Below, one piece after another: positions 38,544-55,743 of a stretch of 64,000 bases of DNA. A model generated the notes under the pieces. The model worked only from the letters and a program-made list of their open reading frames with translations, ran no database searches and had not been told where the DNA came from. Each line of letters opens with the position of its first letter. The first letter of the stretch is position 1. The stretch comes from Octopus sinensis (taxonomy: Eukaryota). The translations under genes and the position numbers were made by a program. The stretch spans positions 21,886,001 to 21,950,000 of the forward strand of contig NC_043015.1 of the NCBI RefSeq assembly GCF_006345805.1, read 5' to 3'.

Positions 38544-39399
38544 CTAATACATTTGTAATGAGGAAAAGAATAAAGTAAATACAAGATTGTGTGTTGTTTT
38601 TTAAACAATATTAGAGTAAACTTCACTGTTTGCTGTTTTTTAAGGAATAATACACATTCGATTACATTGGAGTCACGACAGAGCATTACTTAAACTCATC
38701 ATGACTGGTTGGTATTTATTTTCCAAAATTCAAATCGGGAGAGAATTTTATCTGAAACCACATGCATTTCATGGCGATCTATGTCGGCCCATCTCATTCA
38801 AATTGTTTCCCTTTCTCTCTCTCACTCACTCTCTCTCTCTCTCACTCTCTCTTACTCCTGCCGGTCTGTAATCTCTATGTCCGGTGTTGGTGAAGGATGT
38901 GCTCCACCCGATCTACAGATGCGGTGTACATCATAGCGTTGCGCTTCTTGTTTCTATCCGGAGTTGTTCACTAAGAGAGGAATAAAGTGGTTTTATAGAA
39001 GCACATACACACACACCCGCGCGCGCGCACATACACATACACCCATTACACGCTCAGATGCACACGCACACACAAGCACACACTCACACACACATATTAT
39101 GTATGTTCACGTGCATATGTGTATGTGTGTCCGAGTTATTAAATCGTATGATAAATAACTATATTAGATATTGAGAAACTATACGATATTTTCTTTGGAA
39201 GCCGATATCTGTTTTCGTTGGATAATTTCTAACCAGAAAGGAATGTTGTAAGGCAATTTACATTTTCCTTTAAACTACATCCAACACCTGCCTTTGACAT
39301 TAGAACGTTCTTTCAATTCTGGAAACTTCACAAACATTCAGACACTCCGAGACAATCTTTGTTTCCATATGTCACTTATTTCATCCATCAGTATACATG

Positions 39400-39658
39400 C
39401 CTAACTACCTACCCACCTACCTATCCATCTGCCTACCTACGTAGCTATCTACCTACCTACCTACCTACCTACCTACCTACCTACCTACCTACCTACCTAC
39501 CTACCTACTTACCTACCTACCTACCTACCTACTTACCTACCTACCTACCTACCTACCTACCTACCTACCTAACTACCTAACTATCTACCTACCTACCTAC
39601 CTACCTACCCAACTAACTAATTATCTAACTACCTGCATAAACTACCTACTTAACTATC

Positions 39659-39708
<50 letters not shown>

Positions 39709-39914
39709 ATATCTATCTATCTATCTATCTGTCTGTCTGTCTGTCTGTTTGTATGTCTGTCTGTCTGTCTGTCTACCTGCCTGTATATCTGTTTGTCTGT
39801 CTCTCTATCTATCAATTTTCTATCTGTCTTTATGTCTCTCCGTCTGTCTCTGTCTTTCTTTCTCTCTCGCTCTCTCTCTCTCTCTGATTACCTACCTTCT
39901 CTCGTACTTACCTT

Positions 39915-39989
<75 letters not shown>

Positions 39990-40006
39990 GTCTGTCTATC
40001 TATCTA
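39400..40006. repeat. Compound (ACCT)n/(ATCT)n/(GTCT)n microsatellite
   Basis: Direct repeats. Confidence 0.95.
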
Positions 40007-41291
40007 CGAGGGACGTTCAATAAGTAATGTCCCTGATCCACTTGCTGTTGGTTGATCTAGCTGAAATTTTGCAGCTGCAATTATCTATATCTCTATAGAT
40101 TAAGTGGTAAATTACAGCTCTGAGCTAAGCGTGGTTTCTGATTTACAGGTGTTTGAACTGAGTCAAGTGTGAAATGGAGCCTGTTGAGTGTCGAGCAGTG
40201 ATCCGGGTTTTGTATTTGAAAGGACGCTCACCACGGGATACTTTTAATGAAATGAAAGTAACTTATGGTGATGATGCCCCATCATATGACCTTGTAAAAC
40301 GCTGGCATCGTGAATTCAAACATGGTTGGAACTATGTGGAAACAGATCCCAGATCTGGTTGTCCCCCTTCTGCCATTGATGAGGCATCTCTCCGTTAAGT
40401 TGCGGCTGCCATTTTGGAAGATCGACGCATAACTATTCGCCAAATAGCCCATAAGCTCAAGACCGGGTCTGTGGAAACTATCATTCATGATCATTTTCAT
40501 ATGCAAAAGATGTCTGCCAGATGGATTTCCAGGTTGCTCACACCTTTCCAGAAGCAAGAACGCGTCGTGTGCTCGAGGATGAATTTGGAGATATGCCAAG
40601 AAGATGAGTCAAAATATTTCAAAAGACTGATTACACAGGATGAAACCTGGGTCCATCACTATGATCCAGAGATCAAAACTCAGTCAATGCAGTGGAAGCA
40701 CCGTGACTCACCTCCTCCAAAGAAGGCAAGGGTGAAGCCCTCCGCTGGCAAGGTCATACTCACAGTCTTCTGGGACCAGGACGGAGTAGTGATGACAGAT
40801 TTCCTGGCAAAGGGTACCACAATTACAGGAGCCTATTATGCTTCACTTCTGAGGAAATTAAGAGATGTTATCAAAATCAAGAGGTGGGGTAAGATCAGCA
40901 AAGGCATCCTCCTCCTGCAGGACAACGCTCCGGTCCACAACTCGCGTGTGCTAGATCAGAAGCACAGGCGTGCGGCTATGAACTCCTCCCCCATCCCCCT
41001 ACTCTCCTGACCTTGTACCCTCTGATTTTCACCTCTTCCCAGCCATGAAGTTGTTTTTGAAAGGAAAGCGTTTCCCAGATGATGCAGCCTTGATTTCTGA
41101 AGTCAAGTCGTGGTTGGAGGACCAAGCTCGGGTCTTCTACAAAAACAGCCTCCAGAGCTGCATCAAACGATGGGAGAAATGCGTAACTCTGGGTGGTTCC
41201 TATGTGGAAAAAGACTAATAACTGTGCCAAGTTTCGTTGCTCTACTGCTATGGGAAGTGGGTCCGGGGCATTACTAATTGAACGTTCCTCG
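40007..41291 (+). mobile_element. Full-length mariner, 1285 bp, TA target duplication
   Basis: TA|CGAGGGACGTTCAATAAGTAATG..CATTACTAATTGAACGTTCCTCG|TA. Confidence 0.95.
40174..41218 (+). pseudogene. Mariner DD34D transposase pseudogene
   Basis: HTH N-terminus, ITQDETWVHHYDPE, LQDNAPVH, PYSPDLVPSDFHLF; one stop at 40396 and a frameshift near 40950. Confidence 0.9.
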
Positions 41292-44258
<2,967 letters not shown>

Positions 44259-44389
44259 TTATCTATGAATCTATCTATAAATATATCTATCTGTGTATCA
44301 ATCTTATTTTTGTATCTATTTATCTATGTGCCTTCTCTGTCTTTCTTTCTCTCTTTCTCTCTATCTATATACCTACCTAATTACCTACT

Positions 44390-44398
44390 TCTCTATCA

Positions 44399-44477
<79 letters not shown>

Positions 44478-44563
44478 AATCAATCAATATATCTATCTGT
44501 CTATCTGTCTGTCTGTCTGTTTATTTATCTATCTGTCTGTTTATCTATCTATCTATCTATCTG

Positions 44564-44595
<32 letters not shown>

Positions 44596-44640
44596 CCTAT
44601 TTATCTATCTATCTACCTATATATATATCTATTTGTCTGT
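44390..44640. repeat. (ATCT)n microsatellite
   Basis: Direct repeats. Confidence 0.95.
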
Positions 44641-44923
44641 CTATCTGGCTTTCTCTCTCTCATCCCCCTCTCTCTGTTTATGTAGGTGCAACACCCTAAC
44701 CACGTGCAAACACCCATATGTATATATGTATATATACATATATATATATGTGTGTGTATATATATATATGTGTGTGTGGGGGGTGTACATATATACGTAT
44801 CTATGTATATATAGGTCTTGGAACTATTGTGATATCGGTGGGGCAACAGATGACGGTCGTATGTTGGACTGTTGGTATGGCTGTTATTGTATGCGCGGAA
44901 TAGTTCTATAATGCATCCATTAT

Positions 44924-45083
<160 letters not shown>

Positions 45084-45550
45084 CTTGTATCAGAAAAATA
45101 TACAGGGTACATACAAATATATATATATATATATAGATATATACATACATACATACATACATACATACATACATACATACATACATACATACATACATAC
45201 CTACATTTACATAGATAGTTAGGTAGATAAAATGGATAAAATTATTGTTACCAAATAGCCCCAATAATAATATCAGTGGACAGTATGCAATTATAAATCA
45301 TTGAGGTAAAAATTGAGATTTATAGTTTTGTATAAAAATATATAATCTCAATGAAGGGTACTTTGAAATTGTACCAAAGTGCTAGAGACAGAAGTCAAAA
45401 AGTCTGTAAACCACCTGTTTCACGCTATCGCTCAGGTGAATGGAGCAATATAATAAATTCTATCTTTAAAGGATAAATAGATAATACCATATCGATCGAT
45501 TTCAGACCCTCCTCAGCGATACTTACCATACATTCACATACATATACATA

Positions 45551-47510
45551 ATTGGAGATCTCATCAGGGATCAAGGCAAGCAAATGGATACATAGGTGGA
45601 GCACTACCAGGATCTCTACTCACGGGAGACCACAGTGGCTGAGGCTGCAGTCGAGAGTGTCAAGATCTTGCCAGTCATGTGCGAACTTGACAGTCCGCCA
45701 TCTATAGCAGAGCTCACCAAGGCTGTTGACTCCCTAGCAAGAAATAAGGCTCCGGGAAAAGACGGCAACCCCTCAAAGATAATCAAAGCCGGCAAAAACA
45801 CCATCCTGCTTCGGCACCTTCATGAGCTTCTGTGTCAGTGCTGGGAAGAGGGTACAGTCCCTCAGGATATGCGGGATGCTAACATCATTACGCTTTACAA
45901 AAACAAAGGTGACCATGGTGATTGTAACAATTACCGTAGTATATCCCTTCTAAGCACTGTTGGAAAGACCTTTGCCCGCGTTATCCTGGCCAGGCTACAA
46001 CTACTTCCTTCTCGAATCTATCCGGAATCGCAGTGTGGCTTTAGAAGAAGCAGATTAACTATCGATATGATATTCTCCATACGCCAACTTCAGGAGAAAC
46101 CCAGAGAGCAGAAAATGCCATTATATATTGCCTTCATTGATCTAACAAAGGCTTTTGACTCGGTAAGCAGAACAGGCCTCTTCATCCTGCTCCAAAAAAT
46201 CGGATGTCCACCAAAGCTGCTGAGGATCATCAAGTCTTTCCATGATGACATGTAAGGCACCATACAGCACAACGGTTCAACATCAGCCGCCTTCCAACTA
46301 AACAACGGGGTAAAGCAAGGCTGTGTCCTCGCTCCTACATTGTTTGGCATCTTCTTCTCACTCTTATTTTCACATGCCTTTCAGACATCAGATGATGGAG
46401 TGTTTCTGCACAGTAGAAGTGACGGGAAACTGTTCAATCTCTCGCGCCTGCGTGCCAAGACCAAAATCAGAAACGTCCTGATCAAGGAGATGTTATTTGC
46501 TGATGATGCCGCTCTGGTAACACACAAGAAGTCCTCCAAAGGCTCATTAACTGTTTTGAGCAAGCATGTAACGACTTTGGCTTAGCTATCAGCCTTGAGA
46601 AGACCAACATCATGGGCCAGGCTACATCGGACATCCCAAACATACATATTGGAGACCTCAGATTACAAGAGGTGGAGAAGTTTACTGGGCTTTACCGTCA
46701 CCTACAACCTATCCCTTGACGCTGAGCTCAATATACGCATTGGCAAGGCAGCTGCTGCGATGGCCCAACTCTCCAAACGGGCTTGGGGTAACAATAAGCT
46801 GACCAAGACCACAAAAATGAAGATCTACCAGGCATGTGTACTCAGCACTCTACTGTATGGAAGCGAGACCTGGACGCTATACAGACGCCAAGAGCGTCGC
46901 CTAAACATCTTTCACCTGCGCTGCCTCCGAAAAATCCTCCGCATCAAATGGCAGAATCATATCCCCAACAAAGATGTCCTCAGGCAAGCAGGAATACCAA
47001 GCATGTTTGCATTCCTCACACAAAGACGTATGAGATGGCTTGGGCATGTTAGCCGTATGAAATATGGCAGAATCCCCAAGGACATACTCTAAGGAGAGCT
47101 TGCTAGGGGTACTAGGTCTGTGGGTAGAGCGATCTTACGTTACAGGGATGTTTGCAAAAGGGATATGAAGGCCTGCAGCATCAATATTAGCGGTTGGAGG
47201 CAGTTGCCGGCAACCGTGGAGAATGGTGACGTACAGTAAAAGAGGGAATACAAAAGAGTGACAGAGAGAGAGAGGAGAAATGGAAAGAAAGGAAGAGACG
47301 TAAACAAGAGACTATGGCATTACAACCAGCCAGGAACAGTCTTCGCTACATTTGCGGTACCTGCCAGAGGGAGTGTTTGTCCAGGTTAGAACTACACAGT
47401 CAAAGCAGGAAGTGTATCAGGACATGAAATATAAAAGCCGGACTAGACTACAAAAAAAAACAAAAAAACACATGCGCAACTCCATTGTCTCCCGAGACAG
47501 AAAGGATGCC
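45551..47510 (+). mobile_element. 5'-truncated RTE-clade LINE
   Basis: KAPGKDG, YPESQCGFR, FIDLTKAFDSVSR, GVKQGCVLAPTLF, MLFADDAAL, LLYGSETW, RWLGHV.RM..GRIPKDIL; ATAC-like tail. Confidence 0.92.
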
Positions 47511-47718
47511 AATACAATACATATACATAGACATACATATACATACATCCACACGCATATACACGGGGCAACTCAATTCACCCATCTCACCTGAGCAACA
47601 GAGTAAAATAGATAGTTTAGAATCTTATTCATATATATTTCTAGCATGTTGTTACTTTTTCTAAGTACCCTTGATTGTGATTGTATATTTTTGCATATGA
47701 TTATAAATTTCTCGCTCC

Positions 47719-47760
<42 letters not shown>

Positions 47761-47801
47761 GTCTGTCTGTCTATCTGTCTGTCTCTCTCTATGTATACAC
47801 A

Positions 47802-47850
<49 letters not shown>

Positions 47851-47852
<2 letters not shown>

Positions 47853-47910
47853 TAAGCAATAAAGGGTTTAGCAACGAATTGCCTTACCACATACCGAATT
47901 TAGAAATAGC
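47851..47910 (-). mobile_element. 60 bp terminal stub related to the 34323 unit, inside (TA)n
   Basis: AAAGGGTTTAGCAACGAATTGCCTTACCACATACCGAATTTAGAAATAGC aligns with AAAGGGCTTAGTAAAATAAATTACTTTGCCGCATACTGAACTCATTAGAAATAGC. Confidence 0.65.
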
Positions 47911-49647
47911 ATATATATATATATATATATACACTCACACATGTAAAATACTGTGTATGAGTTTAGATTATGACCTTTCTATGTTTAAGCATAATTGAGC
48001 TGAAAAAAAGGAAGGTGTGCAGAATGCCTTTCAGCTCTTTCATGAACAGATGCGCATCTGGTGTATTTCCCTGCAAACGAAAATAGTCTTTCCATATAGT
48101 AGTGGCCTTTCCTTACTACAGTCCTTAAGGGATCACACCATTTCGTGTTCACTAAAGCCTTCCACTAATTTTCCGCTTCATTCTCTCTCCAATAAAGAAA
48201 CTGTTGGTTACTAATAAGCTCGCTAAGTGTCTACTTCATTTTTCTCTCCGAAAATGGAATATGCCGCTCCCATATGGACAGTTCATCGTAGTTTGGAGAG
48301 ACATGCACCATCTGTGCATGACAATCTCCAAATCTTAGCTTCTTTCTGGCTTTGTTTTTTATATTCTAATCGATTGTAAACCACTCAGAAATTATGAATA
48401 GATATATGAACACCATAATTTAACCCGACTCCAGCAATCAAATGTTACTGGAAGTTGCTACCAAGATAATTCATTTTCTGCAGTATTACATATTTTTGAG
48501 GTTGTGCATCAATCTTCATTTCTCCTTTCGTATATTTATTTCGGGTGTTGTGAAATTTGCAAATTCTAAATATGCTCCAGCAGCAACTCTTGAACTTTCA
48601 AATTATGTTAACCATCTCGCGTTTTCTATTTATTACTATAATGTCAAGTATTGCTTATGGTGTATACCCCTTCGCATTCATCTTATTTTTAACCTTCTTG
48701 AAATACGTAAGATTGAAACTTATATAACAGGGCAAGAGTTAGACAGGTTTAGATATTGCTCCGGTGTAGTTATGCATACTAATAAAAACTTGTGCAATTC
48801 TTTAAAAAATGTGACCATTTTAGATAACGACTTCGGTATATTTCGCAAAATATATTTCATACGCATTTCTTTCTTTAATCATAAATCTCCCGGATAAAAT
48901 TCAGTAATTCAAAAAATACCTCCCCCCACACACACACACAAAAAGAGTGATATGTTTGATGCTAAATCTTTAAATTTATGTTTTCCGTTTTTGCTCCACT
49001 ATGACCTCCTATTTGTTAGCAAACTGATTGTTTCTAATTTCTTTGAATTACCAATAGCGTTTCCTTTTTATTTGTTACGGAATATTAATTCAAAATTCTC
49101 AAGGCAAAATGTAGCATGATGAAGATAAACACGGCATGCGTGAACAATGAGAACATGCGAGGTAACTAAATGATTCAATGAGCGTAACAACATGCAAGCC
49201 CACAATATTGGTGCACGTTGCGGTAATTGAACTTTTCATTCATTCATTACGCAGGTTTAGCATGTTTTACTCAATTCACTTCCAGCTTTCTATTTTGTAA
49301 TTTATTATTATTTTTAATTTAATATCATTAACGAGAAATAAAGAAAAGAATAGATAGATTTAGGCATGCATGTTGTATACAGCAGATGTACACACATGCA
49401 GGCATACATATGCGCACATATACATGTGTAAATGGGTACAAATATGTATATACACATGCATACATCTCTCTCAATACACATACATACATGTAAAATTAGT
49501 AGAGTTAGATACTGGAATCACCGTCTAAGGGGCAGATATATTCGTTCTACTACTGGTATAAATACCTATGTTAGCCCTGGGCATAAATATGCAAGCATAA
49601 TATACCCATATACTCATTTCTCCATTTTCTGTTTGCTTTATACATAC

Positions 49648-49705
<58 letters not shown>

Positions 49706-49741
49706 TTCCATGTACACTCATACATACACACACAAACAGAC

Positions 49742-49792
<51 letters not shown>

Positions 49793-50594
49793 TATGCATG
49801 TACGCACACAATTATGTATCGAGAGGCAGACTCTGAAAAACACCGAACAACATCAGTAAAGTAGATGTATATTGGTGTAGCTTAACTCCAATTTAATATG
49901 TGACTCTTAATTAAACGACTTGGAGAACGCAATGTAAACGTTTATCCACTGATAAGATTTTAATTATAAAAAGCCCCTAAAATCCTAAGTCCGATCATGC
50001 GTTATTTTCTTCCCCCCTCGTCAATCTATTTTACATCAGTTGTGGTCCCCACACTTTCACAATGTGCTTCATTGACTCTATATCAGCCTTACTCTATTCA
50101 ATACCGCCCTAATCCCTAGCTTACAGTGCTTTGCATCACTCTTTTCTTTACTAATAATCGATTCTTCATACATCATATTCAAACGACACCATGCATTCTC
50201 TTTTTACAGCGTGGAATACAATATGATTTCCTTCGCCTAATGTAATTTAACCAATTAGTATGTTTAAGTGAGAAAGCTGACTTCTAATTTAACATTGCTG
50301 GCTTGTTCATTGACTTGCATGTGTCATTCGATTGTTGCCCGGCAAATCCTAATTTCTATACTAAATTTCTATAGAGCTTTATATCGATACAATGCAGGCA
50401 TTTCGGCGAAATCTTTATAGGATTGTCATATGACGCCATAGGAGGAGATTATTAAATAATTATAAAATGCTTCTTAGTAAATATTTATGTTAACTTTATC
50501 TCATTAGGTTCTACAGATGAACAACGATTCATATTACCGTTTGCAGAGATCATGCAAAATTACTGAACATTCAATATTCATTTGGTTATATTTC

Positions 50595-50750
50595 ATCAGC
50601 CGCTACGTTTTGAGTTCAAATTCCGACGAGATCGACTTTTCTTTTCATACTTTCGGGGTCGATTAGATAAGTACCAGTTACGCACTGGGGGTCGATGTAA
50701 TCAACTTAATACCTTTGTCTGTTTTCCCCCCTTGTGGGTAATAAAGAAAT
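50595..50750 (+). mobile_element. Family B SINE, 5'-truncated
   Basis: TACGTTTTGAGTTCAAATTCC..TTTCGGGGTCGATTAGATAAGTACCAG..GGGGTCGATGTAATC. Confidence 0.85.
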
Positions 50751-51075
50751 AAATATTCACATGATTACTCTAATAGCTGGAAATGGCACACAAATATCCC
50801 TTAACTTATTTTGAATGCTATTAAAGGAGAACGAAAACATTATTTCATGCATTTTACACTCCTTATATATAACTGTAGTTTACTCAACGTTATACATTGA
50901 GAGTAGGTTAGCTAAGTCGAAACAAACCATGTGTTAGTCATGCGATCATTTGTCTCTGTAACTTTATGAAATAAATGAGAAAGCTCATCGGAATTGGTTA
51001 CATTTTGTTAGATCAGTTTAAATCAGCAACGTTTTCCTGTCAAACATGCGATACAACTCCATCTTATATGTATAT

Positions 51076-51107
<32 letters not shown>

Positions 51108-51154
51108 CATACATATATCTATAAAATAATATGTTACAATTACTCAATAGTCAG

Positions 51155-51215
51155 GATAAAACTCTGAGTTTCAGATGCCGAAGTGGAAATCCAAAACACC
51201 ATCTCTTCGGTTATC
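51155..51215 (-). ncRNA. Hammerhead-like motif, left arm
   Basis: GATAA CCGAAGA GATG..CATC T GAAACTC A GAGT T TTATC. Confidence 0.55.
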
Positions 51216-52130
51216 TGGCCATCTGAAAAAGCGCTATGAAAAAATACCGTTATATAAAGGGAAATTATTGTGTTATAGTTCTGCTACTTATATAAAATAA
51301 GATTAAAATTTCATAGTCTAGTCATACGCTCACATGTGCGCTCGCCGACCCACGTGCGTACTTTATACGTCACTATGAAAACGTACACATCTTCACTCGC
51401 ATTTTTCGCCAAATATATACGCATATATATACAAACTCATACACACACACATGCGTACCGTAAAAGTTCATACATACGTCTATATACGCACAAGCACAAG
51501 AAAAACCATGGTTAAAAGTAACAGAAAAAAACATAAGGAAGTATACAAAGCATAAAAACCACGTTCATATACGGACATGCCCTTATGCACTCATCCACAT
51601 ACGCCCATATATGTACATACCCGCATATGTTTATATACGCATACACACACACGCATATACAGAAAATGAATATACATATGCCCCCCCCCAAAAAACCCCC
51701 CAAAATAAGTGAAAAAATACTAAGTAAAAACGTCTATATATATATGCATTCTTATGCCCGCACACACGCACGCATCTAAACCACCCACTCATACATATTC
51801 ACACACGTGTACAAATGAATCTATATGCACGTCTATATAGGCACAGGAATAAATGCAGGATAGAAAAGTACAGAAAAATACAGAAAAAATTATTATGTGT
51901 GAAAATATAAAAATATATGAAATGATAAAAGGTATAATGAGATAAAAAACCTTTTGGGACATAATATAGAAAGCAAGTTATAAGTACGCACGTGGGTCCG
52001 CGAGCGCACATGTGAGCGTATGACTAGGCTATGAAATGTTAATCTTATTTTGATATAAGTAGCAGAATTATAACACAGTAATTTCCCTTTATATAACGGT
52101 ATTTTTTCATAGCGTTTTTTCAGATGGCCA

Positions 52131-52191
52131 GATAACCGAAGAGATGGTGTTTTGGATTTCCACTTTTGCATCTGAAACTCAGAGTTTTATC
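52131..52191 (+). ncRNA. Hammerhead-like motif, right arm
   Basis: Perfect 5 bp stem I, CCGAAGA core, GATG/CATC stem II with an extra T before GAAA, palindromic stem III. Confidence 0.55.
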
Positions 52192-52292
52192 TTGACTATT
52201 GAGTAATCGTAACATATTATTTTATAGATAAATTTCCTCTATTTACATAATATTGAGGTCCCTTTCTTACTTTTGTTATCTTACCGTTTTTA

Positions 52293-52328
<36 letters not shown>

Positions 52329-53160
52329 GCTGCTGCATCATTGTTGCCGTTGCTACTTGTGCATAAGCACAGAATCATGGGATATGCTTATAGTGATGTT
52401 TACTTGTAGCAAACTGTATTAGCGTTGCAAGGTCTGCGGTTTTGTCTGTGAACTAATCCATATTCTCACGAGTTCATTGCATATTGGTCTTAACACAACA
52501 TCATACATAATTAACTATATTTTTTTTTCGCAGAGAGCTTTCTGTTGCAAACATTCGGAGCGAATTCTCATACAAAGAACAATTTGCATGTATACTAACT
52601 TCTACCTATCAACCATTTCCTTCCTAATTAACTACGAATACGAAAAGAACAGAATAAAAATAAATGAACACTCGAGCAGAACATTAATACATCACCGTAA
52701 AGGCTATTGAAAGAAATACGTCCTGCAGTTACAAAAATGCTGCTAATTATCAAGGGAACTATGTAATCCATTTCATCCAAACGAATATAACAACAAAAAG
52801 ATGAGGCCAACTATCCGTCAAATGTAAATAATGTAAATAATGTATATGTATTTTCAAAATATAGCCTCGTGCACCATGGAATTTCTGGAGACAGATACAA
52901 CGATGAATGCAAAGTATCATTCGTGACACTTGTGAGCTGTAAGTGATGAACTTGCTCCGCCGACGCACTACCTGGGACTTACCTTAAGACAAGGCATGAA
53001 TACTGCGTTTGATGACTACTTTGTAAACCTTAATTCAACTTTACATATATATATATATATAAATTGAGGCTGATTCGTTGGTGTAAATGTAACACACTTG
53101 GTTGCGTTAACAAAGGGTTCGCCTCCAGCACGGATAGAAAAGCCTTCATTTTTATAGGCG

Positions 53161-53530
53161 TAGGAGGGAGTGGCTGTGTGGTAATTAGCTTGCTTACCAA
53201 CCACATGGTTCCGGGTTCAGTCCCACTGCGTGGCAACTTGGGCAAATTTCTTCTTTTATAGCCTCGGGCCGACCACATCCTTCTGAATGGATTTGATAGA
53301 CGGAAACTGAAGGCAGCCCGTCGTATGTTTGTATGTCTGTGTTTGTCCCCCAACATCGCTTGACAACCGATACTGGTGTGTTTACGTCCCCGTAACCTAG
53401 CGGTTCGGCAACAGAGCTGATAGAATAAGTATTGGGCTTACAAAGAATATATACTCGGGTCGATTTGCTCGACTAAAGGCGGTGCTCCTGCATGGCCACA
53501 GTCAAAATGACTAAAACAAGTAAAAAGAGT
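53161..53530 (+). mobile_element. Full-length family A SINE with (ATAC)n tail
   Basis: GTGGCTGTGTGG A box; GGTTCAGTCCC B box; full body; tail. Confidence 0.92.
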
Positions 53531-54084
53531 ATATACATACATACATACATACATACATACATACATACATACATACATACATACATACATACATGAAATT
53601 ATGTGGTTGCAAAGTGGGGTTCTTAATCCCGCAGTTATGTCTCTGCCTGGAAATATCTGAGAAGACATTTTACTATAATGTTTTAAATAAACAATGTTTA
53701 ACATCTGCGGAAGTGGTTCAAGTAATACGATGACACGTTTATGAAAGTTGTATTTTATCATCACCAGTAACAAAGGAATAATCAATGACATTGAGACCCA
53801 ACAATTGAAGAGATTTTAAGCACTCTAGTAAATTAGGTCTTATACTTAAAAGGTACGGTGTGATTATGTGAAGTAAGTATGTAATGAACATAATGCCCAG
53901 TCTTGGAAAGAGAGGAGAATATAAAAGGGATGTGTGATCGTGTTGTTTAGTAAACAATTTTGTAGCTTGTGTAAATACACGTGCAGCAAAGATATATTTT
54001 TTTAACTGACAGCGTTATGCAAATCAGTCACACGTTATGATTCCTGACTATTTGTGTGTGTCTATTATAAATTTTCATAAGACG

Positions 54085-54305
54085 ACGAGCTGAGCTAGTA
54101 GAACCGTTAGTACGCCGGACTAAATGCTTAGCGGCATTTAGTCCGTCTTTACGTTCTGATTTCAAATGCCGCCCAGATTTACAGTGCCTTTCATCTTTTC
54201 CGGACTGAACAAGTAAGTACCGGTTAGACATGTGGTTGATGTTACCGAATTATTCGTTAACCAGAATTGCTGGCCCTAGGCCAAAATTTGAAACCAATAT
54301 TACAA
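54085..54305 (+). mobile_element. Family B SINE
   Basis: GACGAGCTGAGC..AAATGCTTAGCGGCATTT.GTCCGTCTTTACGTTCTGA..GCCTTTCATC. Confidence 0.8.
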
Positions 54306-55710
54306 ATTGCCATAAGCTGGTATGATCGATCTCCGGTTCTAACTTGACAGAGATAAAACAATTACTTGATAATCTTCCTGTGGCTACTTCACATAGTTTG
54401 CCTAAATGGATGAATACTAAAATCATAAACTTTAAATTACATTCCACAACAGTTATTGATTTAGTCTATCATAATAAATAATATAAAGTCACTTAACATA
54501 ATAATGGTGTCTGATATTATAATTTTATATAACAATGTTATATAATATTATATGATAACATAACAATATAGTATCGTTAATATAATAAATGGATTCTTAG
54601 AAGAAGTAATTAAATAATTAATAAGTTTATGCATTAGTTTTATGTATGATTCAAAAGTTTGCCGCCACTATAGAGAAATAGGACTCTAAAACACCCAGAA
54701 AGATTTCAAATCCCACATTGGTTTTTCACTAGCCTGCTTTCTGTTACTTATTTCAGTAGTTAGCATCTGCCAGCTCTGATATGGAGAATCTATTTTCATA
54801 TTTTAGAATATTGCCACCAAATATGTGTAGGCAGCAAATTCAAATTTAATTTTTTAAACCCAGAAACAAGTTTTGCCTAGACAAATACAAACAAAAACAA
54901 AAACGAAGATATCAGTGATCGAATCGGAAATGGTTAAAAGAAGCAGATACATATACCTAATGTAATACATGAAGAACACAAAATATGAATCAAGATAACC
55001 GCATCTATTATTGGTGCCGAAATGCTGCAATTATAGATGAATAATATCGTGTGTGTCTGTGTTTATATGTGTATATGTGAGTGTGTGTGGGTCTGTGTGC
55101 CTGTGTGCGTGTGTAGACCAAGACAGCATACATGACTGTGGTCAAAACTGCACATTGCAACCCCGTTGCTTTCGAATCAAACATATTTCGCAGATCATGC
55201 GCATGTCAAAGGAACAAAAAACTATCAATTGAACTTCCTCGTCGAACAGTCGTTGCTGTTATAAGATGTAATGCTCTCATTGGTGATTGTTTGAGTATTT
55301 TCCTATACATGCGGTAGAGCTTAAAAAATGAATTGCTATTTTATTTCGAAAATATAACCAAAATATAACGAAACGCCAGAATCAGTTTGAAGGGGAAAAT
55401 CTGAGTAGCGTGTGTGTACGAATGTTTATCTATGTTTTTTTCCTCCTCAGACCAGCTCCTGACAACCGGTATTGGTTTACTGACGTCCATTTAACTTAGT
55501 GGCTCAGCAAAATTTGCGGAAATAAGTGATGTAGTTGAACTGTTAGAGTAAAATCACCAAGGCCGCACTCCCTTCAATGACTCATTTAACTGAAATGTTT
55601 GTGTGTGCGTGTAGATGTATGCGTGTGTGACTATGATTATATTATGTGTGAGTGCGTATAAGTATATATCACGAATAAAACGCGTTATTGATGCCGACAT
55701 GATCCGAACA

Positions 55711-55743
55711 TTACGTTTCGAGCCTACGCTCTTCGACAGAAAG
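55711..55743 (-). ncRNA. Minimal hammerhead motif (U6 variant), truncated at cleavage site
   Basis: CTTT CTGTCGA A GAGC GTAG GCTC GAAAC GT A A, then unrelated sequence. Confidence 0.6.

Larger units (their letters stand above)
51116..52296. mobile_element. Asymmetric inverted-repeat element with hammerhead-like motif in each arm (PLE pLTR-derived)
   Basis: Arms 51116-51363 and 51982-52230, CA-rich spacer, unique 52231-52296 extension; (TA)n on both sides. Confidence 0.85.

Noticed and set aside
48000-48900. 151 aa ORF and a minus-strand TDGAC RNase H-like word
   Set aside because: No supporting motifs, and many stops in the TDGAC frame.
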